A stretch of 64,000 bases of DNA, taken from contig JBHGNT010000011.1 in assembly GCA_043228905.1 (NCBI GenBank), positions 11,532,001 to 11,596,000 on the forward strand, in the 5' to 3' direction. Under the pieces are notes generated by a model. That model made no database searches. It was not told the origin of the DNA and worked only from the letters and a program-made list of their open reading frames with translations. The translations under genes and the position numbers were made by a program. This document shows, in pieces, positions 11,759 to 50,210 of the stretch; positions within the stretch are counted from its first letter, which is position 1; each line of letters begins with the position of its first letter. Source of the stretch: Azolla caroliniana (Eukaryota; Plantae; Polypodiophyta).

Positions 11759-13689
11759 TCCCTTTCATATTTTCTCAAGTAAATACAATATATACCTTGG
11801 TTTTTTGTGAGTCAAGGTGCCAATTTGTTATCAAAAGCGATTGATACAATAAAAATGGGTCGACCTACTTTATCACATGTGCAAACAACCCTACATGGCT
11901 TTGTGCCATCATATAGGGCTTTGATAATAACAATGGTTCAAGCAAATATTCATGGTCTCGGAGGTGCTTATATTTGGATGGTGATAACCAATAAGGGATT
12001 TGTGGGATCCAGAATTGTATTTAATTCCAAGGACATGTCGGGTGATGCGTCTTGGTGAGATATCAATCAAAACTCAATCAATTGTGGTATGATTTATCCC
12101 ATGGGGGTATTGAATCAAATGCGTCATTGACATATGAGAACTTTGAGCATTCATTAATGACAATTCTAACCAAACTCATATGAGAACTCTATCCATATTG
12201 AAACCAGCACATACATGAAACATTATGATGTGCTTTCCATTGCATGTAGCCAAATAGGCTTCAATGTATTAATTTAAATCCTTTCCTAGCTATTGTTGTA
12301 TAACCCAATAATGAAAAGAAAATGTCGAATATATGAGAAAGGGATTGCAAGCAACATAAAAATGAGATGAATAGGTGATATACTTTCTTTCGGATGCAAC
12401 AACTCCTTAGTGAGTGCAATTGAACAAAGCAAGATTTGTCACAAGCTTGCAAATTATCATCGAGGTTCATATGCGAACTTAGCATGGAGTTTAGATACCC
12501 AAAGGGATACATGAACTACTTTCATACCCAAACATCTCTTGAGTTTAGAGCAATAATGCAATCCCAAATCAGAATCGAATTGATCACAAATGAAGCCTTG
12601 CTCAATCTTGTTAGGGGTATTATGCTTCTTTCAAAGAAGAATTGATCTTTTGGCAAATCTTAAAAAATTAGGGTGAAAATGCACGACATTTGGAGTGATG
12701 CACACTTTCATTTTTCCCATTTTCTTACGATGTGTGTACACTCATTGTACATTTATTGAAAGATACAAAAGCTTGACCAAATTCATGATGTGGTATAGGT
12801 TTTATGATAACTTTCGAAAGGTAAAGCTCCTCAAAACAATGCTTAAGAAGAAAGGAAAGTTGAAGATCATGACCACCGATCTCCTTTCTTAGTAAATCAA
12901 ACTCTCTCTCATTCGCTTTGAAAAAGGCAATAAATATATCGAGCCACATCCCGCTACATTCATGTTAAACGTTGAAATTCTATTATGCAACAAATGTCAC
13001 ACATGTTTTGGTATTTCAATAAACTTAGCATGGTTATTCTCTCTTTAAAACTATGAGATTTGTAAAAGAGTTGGATTTTATTTATAATAGATCTCACGAG
13101 TGGTAGCTTAGAGGTTGTCTTTGCCATAAACAAGTCCCATTCGAAAATGTGAAAAAAAATCATAAGTATTCAAGGATTTAATGCTATTACTTGAAGGTTT
13201 CTATTTTATTATTTATCGTAAACGCCTCAACATTTGATTACAATTTGCATCCTCCATTCCAAAACGAAAAGCCAAAATTTGTTTTTATGCAAAAATCAAG
13301 AAACTGCAAAAAAGGTCGGGTTTTTTGGAGAGCTCCGCAAGAGCGTTCGTGCTGTGCAAGAGAATTGGGGGGGGGGGGTTGCCTGCTTTTTTCTTTTGTT
13401 TCTACTTTGCCGTCCTCTAGGGCCAATAAACTTGCGCAAGATCAGAAAAATGCAATCCGATGCCTTGGGATTTTGAACACGATCGATTGTGGAGGGACTT
13501 ACATGTGAGCAACTAACTTGATGTTTACGGCACAAGAAGTGATAATTTACGAGCACAAATGTTTTTCTTGTGTTGCCAAAAGAAGAGATCCAATTACCGT
13601 AGAAAACTACTGAGTGTAAAAATATCCATCCCTTCCAACGAACGGAGGAATCAGAGTATTATCTTATCAACAATGGCAAAATGTTAAAA

Positions 13690-14020
13690 AGCGAAAGCAA
13701 AAGCAAAAGCGAAAGCGAAAGCAAAGATCAATTTTGGAAATTGGAAAATAAATTATTTCTAATTAAAACTATGGATTGAAATCTTAAACAGCAATACATA
13801 ATAATAATAATGAGAATAGTTAACACTGAAGGTTTGAAGGCCCCTTCCCTTCCCTTCCCTTCCCTTCCCTTCGCTGCATATTTGCGTGCGTGCGCGTTTG
13901 TTCATCGACCTCCACAATCCTACCGTCTCGTTGCAACCCTAACCTTAATCAGAAACACAGTTCAACACTGAGTTCGTCTCTGTTTCTTAGGGCATACGAT
14001 AGTTTTCTCAGTTATTTCTC

Positions 14021-14061
<41 letters not shown>
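13690..14061. repeat. Microsatellites upstream of the gene: (GCAAAA/GCGAAA)n ~13690-13725, (CCCTT)n ~13841-13871, (CA)n ~14023-14061
   Basis: Directly visible. Confidence 0.9.
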
Positions 14062-14064
<3 letters not shown>

Positions 14065-15076
14065 AATAGATCTTCATCAGCAAATGTTCCATCTCTGAGC
14101 TCTCAGCATTGAACCGGAAACAGAACGCATCGGATCCATCATCAATCTCGAAGATCAGCAATAGATTGAGCAGAAGATCTGAAAGTAGGTATTTCTTTTC
14201 GTAAAATTCTATTCAAATCCGGCTGCATTGAAGCCTACTTGTCAATAGAAGACTTAAGTAGAAATAGATAAAAGAATTCGGAATTCTGAAATCGGGAATA
14301 TGTAGTCTTTTCATCAAATCCACTTAAATCAGGCAGCATTTAAGGCCAAATTTCTATCATTGTTTTAAGAATTATGAGCACAAGATCTGAATTTTGCTGT
14401 ATATTCTACACTCAAATCAAATTGCATGAAATCTAACATTTGTTCGAGATTTGTCATATGTTCTCATAACTCCATTCAATACAGGTTGCAGCAAGCCAAA
14501 AGATTCATCATCATTCTGTAAGACCAGGAAGACATAAATCAAAAGATCGGAAACTGGTGTATATTTTGATCGATTTGTTCCCAAATCAGGTGGATTTGAG
14601 CCAAAAATTCATCACTGTCTGACAGATCAAGCTGCTATTGAAGAAATAATCTGAAAATTTTCATATATTTTTGTAAACTCCATTCAAGTCAGGTTGCAGC
14701 AAAGACTTTGATACTTCAGAGGAATCAATCAGAAATATGAATGAAGCTCTCGTTGCATCTATTCCATCCAAGGAAGTTTGCACCAAAGACGCAGATCCAT
14801 CATCGCTTGTAGAAAAAATCTAAAGCATTTGTATTGTTTCATCACTTTTATGCATTACAGCCAAAGGTCCATCATTGTCTGGACAACTCAGCAGAAATAT
14901 AACAAAAATATCTGAAAATTTCAGATTTCCTCCAAATTCCTTTTGAATTGGGTTGCTTTATACCATCAGATCCATCATCTTGTGAAGAATCAAGCAGAAA
15001 TAGAGCAAAAGATCTGATTTTTTTCCGGATATTCCTCTCAAGTCTCATGCATGTGAATTAGCTGGATCTAGCATCA

Positions 15077-41137
<26,061 letters not shown>

Positions 41138-41899
41138 ACAAAACCTTTCTTGATGGTTTGAATCAGGCGAATGATGATACTGGCAGTGAGTAAATGCTCT
41201 ATATCAAGATTCTACTATCTATTTCGTCTACAAATTTATGCACAGAACTGAGTATGTTGGAAGCTGATTATGTGTATTGGAATTGCGTAAAAGATGATAT
41301 ATGGCCGAGTTCTGATATATTTAACAATTCCTCAGAATATGAGTATAGCTTTCCATGGTGGCATCCTGAGCAAGCGATCGATCATTATGACTATAGGCAG
41401 TATGCTAAAAAAAATGCAACAGATTTCCTTAACAGTATCATCCCCTTTCTATGTGGTGTACATAGACTTTCTTAAGCTTTTTCTGAAATTCAGATCATGA
41501 GCACAATTTTTCCTGTAGCTCTATTCAGCTACAGTGGTTAGTTCTTGCTTTTTGGTTTTAGTTAGTGGTGGGAATATATCTGAATGAAAAATAAGCACAC
41601 AATTATAAACTGATCATATTACACATGTTGGGCTTAAGCCAAATTCTTTATTCAGCTGTCAAGGTTATTGATGATCTTTGCCTTGGATCAGAAGGGTTTG
41701 TAATTACGAGAGTTGGATACTGTGCTACAATTTAACAGATTTTGGATCCATTGCTACGTTATTTTTATTCATTAAGGGGCTGGTATGCATATAAACCCAT
41801 CTGCCATAGCTTGTTCATCTTTTGTAAAACCCCCCAAAAGAATAAAATTCAAACGAATATACTTAATGTGATATATTATTGCCGGTTTTTGGATCATCT

Positions 41900-42262
41900 T
41901 ATATGGTAAACTGAATGTATTTCTCATCAGTCTTGCTGACAGTCAAAGATTCTACCTTAGTGTTGGCAAAAATAGAAACCCTGAAAATAACTATGAGGCT
42001 TTGAAAGTTCCAAATACATGAGGGATCACATGTTTTTGGCATCTATTGGAACACATGAAAATAACTATGAGGCTTTGAAAGTTCCAAATACATGAGGGAT
42101 CACATGTTTTTGTATGGTAAATCTGATGTATTTCTTGTCAGGTTTGTTGAGTTGTAGTATTGGCCAAAATCTTGTAAAAATATAAACCCTGAAAATAACT
42201 ATGAGACTTTGAAAGTTCCAAATACATGAGGGATCACATGTTTTTGACATCTATTGGATCAT
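41900..42262 (+). repeat. Local tandem repeat (core gaaaataactatgaggctttgaaagttccaaatacatgagggatcacatg, 3 copies); a further copy lies at ~55945-56080 beyond the copia insertion
   Basis: Directly visible repeats. Confidence 0.85.
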
Positions 42263-45146
42263 GTTGTTGTTGTTCAAATGTTGTTGTTGTTCTTTGTTTT
42301 TGCGTGATAGATAGGATTGTTGATGAGGTGTATAGTGCTCTGTGAGTCGCCATTGATGGTTGGCGCTAGTCGGTTGATTCAGCTTGTAGATGAGAAGTCA
42401 ACAAACAATCGGTGCAGCCATATCACTTCTATCGCTGCTTCTGATGCTGCTATGTACTCGGCCTCTGTGGTCGACATGGTCGTGCACTCTTGAAGCTTTG
42501 AGCTCCATGATATAGCACCGCCACCATAGGTGAAAATATAGCCTAATGTTGACTTTTGATTGTTCGTATTGCCGGCATAGTCAGAGTCAGTGTAGCGTTT
42601 GACTTCGGCTGAGGTAGTCAAACTGAAAGTCAGTTGTGTATCTTCGGTTCCTCTCATGTACTTGAAGATGTGCTTGACGGCTTCCCAATGCTTCTGTCCT
42701 AGATTCGACATGTACCGGCTAACCACCCCTACGACATAGGTTAGGTCGGGTCGGGTGCCACCATTGCATACATGATACTTCCTACGACCGATGCGTAGGG
42801 CATCTTTCCATTAAGATCTCTCTCCTTGTCTGTTGGAGGAGATTCTTTGTCCGATAATCGGATCGACGTCGGAAGCGGTGTTGGTGTTGGCTTCACATTC
42901 TCCATGTTGATGAATGGGAGAGTCGGAGAGTCTTGGTCGTCCGATTTCGCTCGATCCTCATTCCCAGTATGTGACGGGCTTGTCCGAGTTCCTTCATTGC
43001 AAACTTATCATGAAGGCTCTGCTTCAGATTTCCGATCTCTGCTTGATTGCTTCCTGCAATCAGCATGTCATCGACATATAAGATTAGATCAATCCTCTAC
43101 TTGTCGGCTAGTTGCCGAATGTACATGCATGGGTCGGAGTTCGATGTAGGAGTCAAGCCATAGAGGCTTTTCTTCAGTCGACATACGAGGTGACTTTCCT
43201 CCCTCGTCGCCATGAAGCCTCCTAGTTGAGCGATGTAAATGTCTTCTTCCAGATCTCTGTGTAGAAATGTTGTCTTTACGTCCATTTGTTCAAGCTCTAG
43301 GTCTTTTGTTGCCAAAACTCTTAGTAGGAGTCGGAGGGTGGTCATATTGACTATTGGTGAGAATATCTCATCGTAGTTGACTCCATGTTCCTGCTTGAAT
43401 CCCTTTGCGACGAGCCGAGCTTTGTACTTGGGTTTCTCAGAATCAGATACATATTTGTATCGAAATACCCATTTGCAAGGTAGCGGCTTTCTTCCTACTG
43501 GTAATTTGACCAGTTCCCATGTTTGATTCAGTCGAATCGAGTCCATCTCGGATTGCATGGCTTGTAGCCATGTATCGGCGTCTGATGCAACTATAACTTC
43601 TTCATAAGTACTTGGTTCGCTTGCATCCATGTAGTTGACGTAGTTGAGGCTCGGTTGATAAAACTCTGTAGACCTTCTGACTCATCCGAATCTCCTGAAG
43701 TGCTGATTTTGTTGGTTTGAACTCTTCAGTCGTCTCATCCAGTCGATTGGTATTACTTGAACCATCTTCAGGAATCCTGTTGGATGACTCACCCTTGTAG
43801 TACGGTTTCGGTGATGTCATGGCATCCTCTCCTGTGGACTTTGTTGACTCGAGTCTGTTTCCAAATCGCATCTCGTTGACTTTGCCTTGTTCAACGCTTG
43901 TCGAATTAGCTTTGTCTTTGATGACGTTGTCTTCGAGTTCGACTAGTGGACCTCCTACCAATTCGGAGTTGGTAGGTATGTTGTCGGCTTGCTCGAATTC
44001 GACTGTTTGTTGAGCCTCTGAGTCAGCGCGGTGGGAGGGTCCTACGACATCTCTGTTGTCTTCGAAGGAGACCTTTTTACCAACTATTTTCTGTTGGTTC
44101 CGTTGAGACAAGAAAGAGTTTTCATTGAAGACTACGTCACTGCTCCAGATTAGTTTCTGGTTCTCTGGGTCCCATAGCTTGTAGCTGAAGTCCCATCAGT
44201 TCCATAATCGAGAAAAATGCACTTCATCGCATGGGGTGCCAACTTGGTCTTTTTCTCCTTAGGGATAAATGTGTAGGCTTCGCATCTGAATATATGGACC
44301 CTATCGTAGGTCATTTGTTTGCCTGAGCATAGTGCCCGTGACACTTCAAGCCTGATTGCTTTCAACGGTGATAGATTTACTAGGTATACTGCCGTCTGCA
44401 ATGCCTTGCCCCAGAACTCTAGCTTTAGTTCAGCTTGCTGCAACATTGCCGTCATCCTCTCTTGATTGTTCGATTGATCTGTTTAGCCACCCCATTCTGC
44501 ATGGGTGCATAGGGAACAATCTTTTGATGTCAGATCCCTTTGTCGAACAGGTATTGTTTGAAGGCTCTGGAGGTATATTCTCCTCCATTGTCAGATTAGA
44601 GTGTCTTCACTCTGTGTCCCAACCAGTTCTCCACTTCATATATCCACCGAGTGAAGACCTTGAGCGCTTCGTCTTTGGACCTTATCGAGTAGGCGCAGAC
44701 CTTCCGTGTACAATCGGGAGCCTCCTAGTGATCATTCTAGCATGGGCCTACATATATCTGTGTGCACGAGCTCTAGGGGTTGTCGTACCGTCTTGTAGTG
44801 GATAGAGTGGGGACCTCAGGTCTGTTTCCCGTATCGACAATGCTCGCAGAAGTCCGTTTTTGCTTGGAGTTTCAGAATGTAGACGACCGCCATCAACCGA
44901 TTGAGTCCGGCTTGAGACATATGGCCAAGTCGGCCATGCCATAGGTTTGGGTCGGTCTTTTCGGCTACGTTCACGGCCCCTTCTAGATTGATCGCCATTA
45001 ATGGGTACAAGTTATTGTATTTGTGCCCGCCTCCTATCTTCAGGTTTCTTCGGCTGATCGTCCATACCAACTCACTTAGAATCGTTTGATACCCGTCTTC
45101 GATTAACATGCCGATGGAGACGAGACTCCTTTCCAGATCAGGTACG

Positions 45147-45604
45147 TGTTACCTGTTCCTTTGGGTGAACACCTTCGATAGATCTGCGGCTATCGGTCTT
45201 CAAGGGCGTGGTACGTGAAGGCTCGTAACAGAGGCGTCGAGAGAGAGACAGGGCTCAGAGAGAAAACACTAGCGAGGTCTTGATAGACGTGGGCGGCGTT
45301 GAACTCATAGGTATGGATCAAAGCACAGACTCATGGAGCAAAATGGGCACAAATCAGATATATTACTATGACAGAAAAGATTACAGAACACGGCCTATGG
45401 TCGGTGACCTTACAAGTTTATCTAGTTACGAGGAACTAAGCTAGTGCTTCCGCCTATATTTTTCTTCTCACCCTCTCTCTGAGGTACTGGTTCTCGTTTA
45501 AATAACTTTTCCCCTAATACATAGTCGAGCCGTCGGTGGCCCGTGATACTCGGACTCGGCGTTTGCTAATTTCCTAATTTTACATTTCTGTCCTCTGGAC
45601 AACA
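45147..45604 (-). repeat. 3' LTR of nested gypsy
   Basis: Direct repeat of 53975-54432. Confidence 0.95.
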
Positions 45605-45651
45605 CCTGGCACGCCCGTGGGACAGGACCTTGTCCGTCGGACCCACGACTT
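45605..45651 (-). other. tRNA-Arg 3'-half-like sequence ending in CCA at the expected PPT position (an inverted PBS)
   Basis: - strand reads aagtcGTGGGtccgac-ggacaaggtcctg-tCCCACgggcgtgCCAgg followed by the LTR; no purine tract is present. Confidence 0.7.
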
Positions 45652-45702
45652 ACAAAATACTAACAATATTACAAAAATTGCCTTTTAGGCGTGATCCTCG
45701 TT

Positions 45703-48700
45703 TCATTCCTCTTTTAAGATGTCGAGGATGTTTTCGGGGTCCGGGGTGGTGGCAGGGTGGTCTAGTTGGACTGTCGGTGCGGGGGGTTGAGTTTGGTCCG
45801 GGGGTGTCATATCTTCTCGGATGTCCGCCTCAGGTGCGGCCGATTCTTCTGGTGGGGGTGTGGGTTCGTGGGCGCTGACCTCTACTTCGACAAGATCTGG
45901 TACCGTGTGGGCGTCCATGGGATGTCTGTTGGCCGGGGCAAGTTCCTCCTGTGCCGTGTTCGTGATCTCCTTGCTGGAAGGTTCTTCCTTCTGCTCTGTG
46001 GCCGTTGGAGGGTTGGTGGGGATGGCTGCGAGTCGTTCTTGTTCGAAGGCTTTTGCTTCCAGGCGAAACAGCATTTGACCGTCATTGAAGTCCTCCATTA
46101 TTTGCTCGATTGCCGTAGTGTGAGATTTTGCCAAGGACTGGTAATCCTCAGTTAAATCTGCACGGAGGTTTTGTATGCTGGCTTCGTCCATTTTGTAGAA
46201 GTTGCGGCCCTCCTTCCGTCGGTTCTCGGCGTCGGCGCGTAAAATATGCAATTCGGCAGCTTGGGCTACCCATTCGTCTCCTGTGCGACTTAATGTTTCC
46301 TCGACCTTTTTGGTAAGGTGTTGGCGCTGTTTCTCGATCAATATTCTGATGCGTGTCTCATCCATGCCGGGCTATGCTCGGATGGCTGCTAATTCCTGTT
46401 TTAAGCCGTCGACCTCGGCCTGAATCTTCTGTGCTCTTAGCTCATAGATGGCTTGAGTGTTCTTTGCATCCGCGGTTACGAGCTGGAGAGCCTGCTCGTA
46501 ACGCTTGGTGAGTTCTTCAGTGGCTTGCTCCCGTTCTTTTTGACACGTGGCCCGGATTTGTTCCCGTTCGACGATTCTCTCTTCTTGTAGGGTGAAGTAG
46601 CTTGCATTTGATGAAAAACTCGTCAGCCATTTCTTTAAGGGTCGTACGCTGACTCTGCAGCTCGGCATTCTCCGCGATCATCCTCTCCTCCCGTTGGAGA
46701 TTTCTTTCCTCCTGCCGATGGTTCCAGTCTTTCGCATTGTCGAGCGCGGCCTGTAGGTCTAGAACCTCCTTCTCTTTCTTCACCACTGTGGCTGCGTATT
46801 CCTCCAGCTTTCTTTTGAGTTCGGCTTCTTTGCCCGCGGCTTGCACTTGTACCCAGCCCAGTGCTTCGTTCTGCTTGTGTATCCTTTGGTCGGCCTAGGC
46901 TCTAATCTCGGCCATCTGCTTGGAAGCTTCTTTTTTTAGGCGAGCCATCGCCTCTTGATGTCGTTGTTCGTGTCTCTCGGTTCGCCGTTGTTCTTCTTTA
47001 AGCTCTGCGCGGTAATCCCGGAGCGGGGGTTCTGTTTGGGTTGCCACCTCCTTGGGTGCACGAGGGGGTGGTATCTCGGTCTTTTCCATGGGCATGGCCG
47101 CCTCGGTTGTTGTGTAGGCATCGACCATTTGTAACGAGTCCGTTTGTGTACTGGCCTGCACCGTCAGGATTGAGTCGGTGATGGTGCTTTCATCCATCAT
47201 TGTTATGCGTGGAGGCGCTGGGAGGGCCTCGGTGGTCGTGACCAGAAGGCTCAAGAGTTGTTCCGGCCGGTTTTGCTCCCAGGCTGCCAGCTTCTGGTTC
47301 GCAGCGTGCCATAATTCTGTAGCCATCTTAGCCTGTTTTTGGGCTATTTTTATCTTTCGGGTCATGTCTTTGGCTGCTCGCGTAGTGCGATCCAAGTCCC
47401 GATATGCCTCGATAAGGGCCGTGTTCAACTCGGGGACCTCCATGAGGAGAGGGGCCTGTTTTGCCTGCTTCTTTCTCCCGATTTTTTGTAAAGCCCTGTC
47501 CTCCTGGGGCTCAATTTCACCTATTAGCGCACGTTGAATCATTTTTGTTTCAGCGTGCTCCTCCGCCATTCGAGCGGCTGCCGCGACTTGGGCTCTGGCG
47601 AGGAAGTCGACCAACTCGAATGTCGTACCGAGGCGTAGGAGCGCACTAAATTCGTAAGCCTCCGCGGGGAGGTCCTTATACCCGAGGACTTCATCCTCCG
47701 AGATTTGCGTTGTCTGCCCATGCTCGATCTTTCCCTGGTTCAGCGATGCCTCCTCGGGGATGATGGCCAGGTTGCTCTGTCTGACAACTAAGGCTTGCTC
47801 CTGTTGTGGCTCTTTTTGTTCTTCCGAGGACTCACGGTTGAGTCGTCTTCTCTTGCTTGGCTGTGTTTGGGGTTCCGGGGCCGGTAGTGTCGTTTCCTCC
47901 GCCTGCTTCCTTTTCTGGGGTCGTGGTGGTGCAGCCTGCTGTGTGTTGGGGCTTGGGCCAGGCCGTGGGGAAGTTACCGAGGGGCGCGACGTTGGCTGTC
48001 GAATGGTGACGTTATCGGCCGTGTTGTCTTCCGCGGCTACCTCCTCCTCCCATTCTTGGCAGATCTCGGAAACTGCCCTTTTTTGTTGGGGTTGGGTGGG
48101 TGGTGGTGCAGATGCGGGGTTTTGGTCGGCGGCAAGAGGTGAAGGCGATGTGGGCTCCTCCCATGCTTCGTGGCTGATTTGCAACGAATTTCTCTCTCTG
48201 CCTTCGTGGTGGTGGTGGGGACGTGAGTGTGCAAGGGGAAGGAAGAGAAGAGGTGGGTATAGAACCATCAAAAAGTGGGTAAGAACAGACAACATCTTCT
48301 TACCGGACTGAAATGAAGCTAAGGCGGCGCAGAGTTCCTCGCCTGTGATGATTCCCCAATCGATTTTGTTTCCTTCATACGCGCTGATGATGATGGCTGC
48401 CTTGTTCTGCGGCATGCTCGTTGGGTTCGTATGCACGAATGCATACTCCATTAATATACGAGCAATCTCCCCGAAAGCTTTGTTGGGACCGCCATACGTG
48501 CGATATGCCTTCGATATGCCTTCCCTGAGGCTGAGTACTCACCGAAGTACGCCTTCATCTTTGATGCCGGGGGTATGTCGACCTCATGGTCCCCTCCCCA
48601 TTGCAGGTCCAAAACAGCCTGAAGCACGTTGTTGGTGATGGCTTTGGGAGTTATACGTTTAGCCACACCTTGGGCATCTGGGTGCGCGGGTGCATCGATG

Positions 48701-48780
48701 ATCTTCAGGTAACCGCCCATTCCTCGTTCCTGGAGCTAGGCGCGGGTTTCTGTTGAAGCGGTAAGAGGCATGGTGGAGAT
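45703..48780 (-). pseudogene. Extra ORF of nested gypsy (accessory domain + low-complexity linker + coiled coil), disrupted
   Basis: ORF pieces 48451-48720, 46895-48451, 46517-46846, 46372-46668 and 45703-46365; homologous to 178-2488. Confidence 0.75.
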
Positions 48781-49293
48781 GGAGACGGGGTTCGACTGTG
48801 TGGAAGCGTGACGAAGAGTGATGAGGCGAGGGCGAGACACAGGAGGAACAACAGGAAGGGGAAGTCCAGTAGAGGGGTTATGAGAGCGAAAGAGGGCTTC
48901 AGAGCAAGAGCGTTTAGCGCGATGAGGGCGAGACGGGGTTTCTGAGCTTGAGAGCGATGGAGATGGGGAGCGATAATGAACTTCTGTGTCTGTGCTGCGT
49001 TTTGGAAACGGTTTTAGTAACTTACTCCTAGGGTTTTGTGCCTGAAGCGAATCCTGAAGATTCTGAGTCGTGGGTGCCATAATAAGTGACTAGCACCATG
49101 TGTCCTGAAGGTGAGTGGGGTGCTTCTAGTGCTTTGCATGTGCTTAAATAGGGACTAAATGAGTGGTGGCGAGGGGTGCTCCTAAAATTGTGGGTGCCTA
49201 GGTGGGTGGTGTAGGTGTAGCTAATTGGTGGCTAAACTATGGTTAATCCTACCTACTACTATTTTTATTAATCTCAAGAAGGTGGGTGAGTCC

Positions 49294-50210
49294 TTATTCA
49301 GGGGGACACGTGGCCTCCTCCGTGGTGGCCTCCCGAAACTCGTTTGTGCCGTGTGGCTCGGTAAACGGGTTGGTTGGTGTAGTCCCTCGATATGGTCGAA
49401 GTCGGAAACCATTGGCCCAACTTTTGACAGTGTCGCTGGCGAGTGTGCCGAGCTGGAACGTCCCGTTGAACTCGTCGATAATCCAGAATGGACCGGTCCA
49501 CTGAAATCTTAATTTTCCCGGCATTGACCCGAGTCGTGTTTGAAAAAGAAGAACTGGTTTGCCGATGGTGAGCTCCTTCTCCAGCCCGTGTCGATGTCGA
49601 TCCACGAAAGCCTTGTGTTGCCGTTGACGTTGTTCGAGCTGGGCCATACTCTCTATCCTATCTTCGCCGAGTTCGAGGAGTTGTTCCAGCCGGTATTGCT
49701 CGGATTGGGCCTCGGGGAGCCGTGCTTTGACTTGAACTCGGAGGCTCGGGACTTGGAACTCGACGGGCATTACGGCTTCTAACCCAAACGCCATTCGAAA
49801 GGGGGTCGATTGGATGCTTGTTTTGAAAGTCGTACGATACGTCCACAGCGCGCTCTGGAGTTTGTCATCCCAATCGGTCCTGTTTTCATTGACGATCTTC
49901 TTCAGTATGGTTTGGAGGATTTTATTGGTCGATTCCGCCAAGCCGTTCGCCTGTGGGTAGTATGGTGTGCTTTTCTTGTGCACCACCGCGTAGTGGTGTG
50001 TAAGCTCACGTATTATATGATTGATGAAGTGCCCACCTTGGTCACTAACGAGCTCGATTGGGCATCCGTAACGGCACCAGAGGTGCTCATACACGAATTT
50101 AGCCGTGGATGCCGCCGTGTTATCTCGGAGTGCCTTAGCCTCGACCCATTTGGTGCAGTAATCCGTGGCAACGATAATATACCTATTCCCGGTTCGGGCT
50201 GCGGGTGGTT
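49294..50210 (-). pseudogene. Gypsy integrase core and C-terminus
   Basis: ELVSDQG, TPYYPQANGLAESTN, KLRFQWTGPF. Confidence 0.9.

Noticed and set aside
41976-42260. Regularly repeated ~50-bp motif as a CRISPR-like array
   Set aside because: Eukaryotic context, the spacers are themselves repeated or related, and there are no cas genes; this is an ordinary tandem repeat
45605-45651. Genuine tRNA gene
   Set aside because: Only a 3'-half-like sequence with an interrupted T-loop and encoded CCA; no D or anticodon arm
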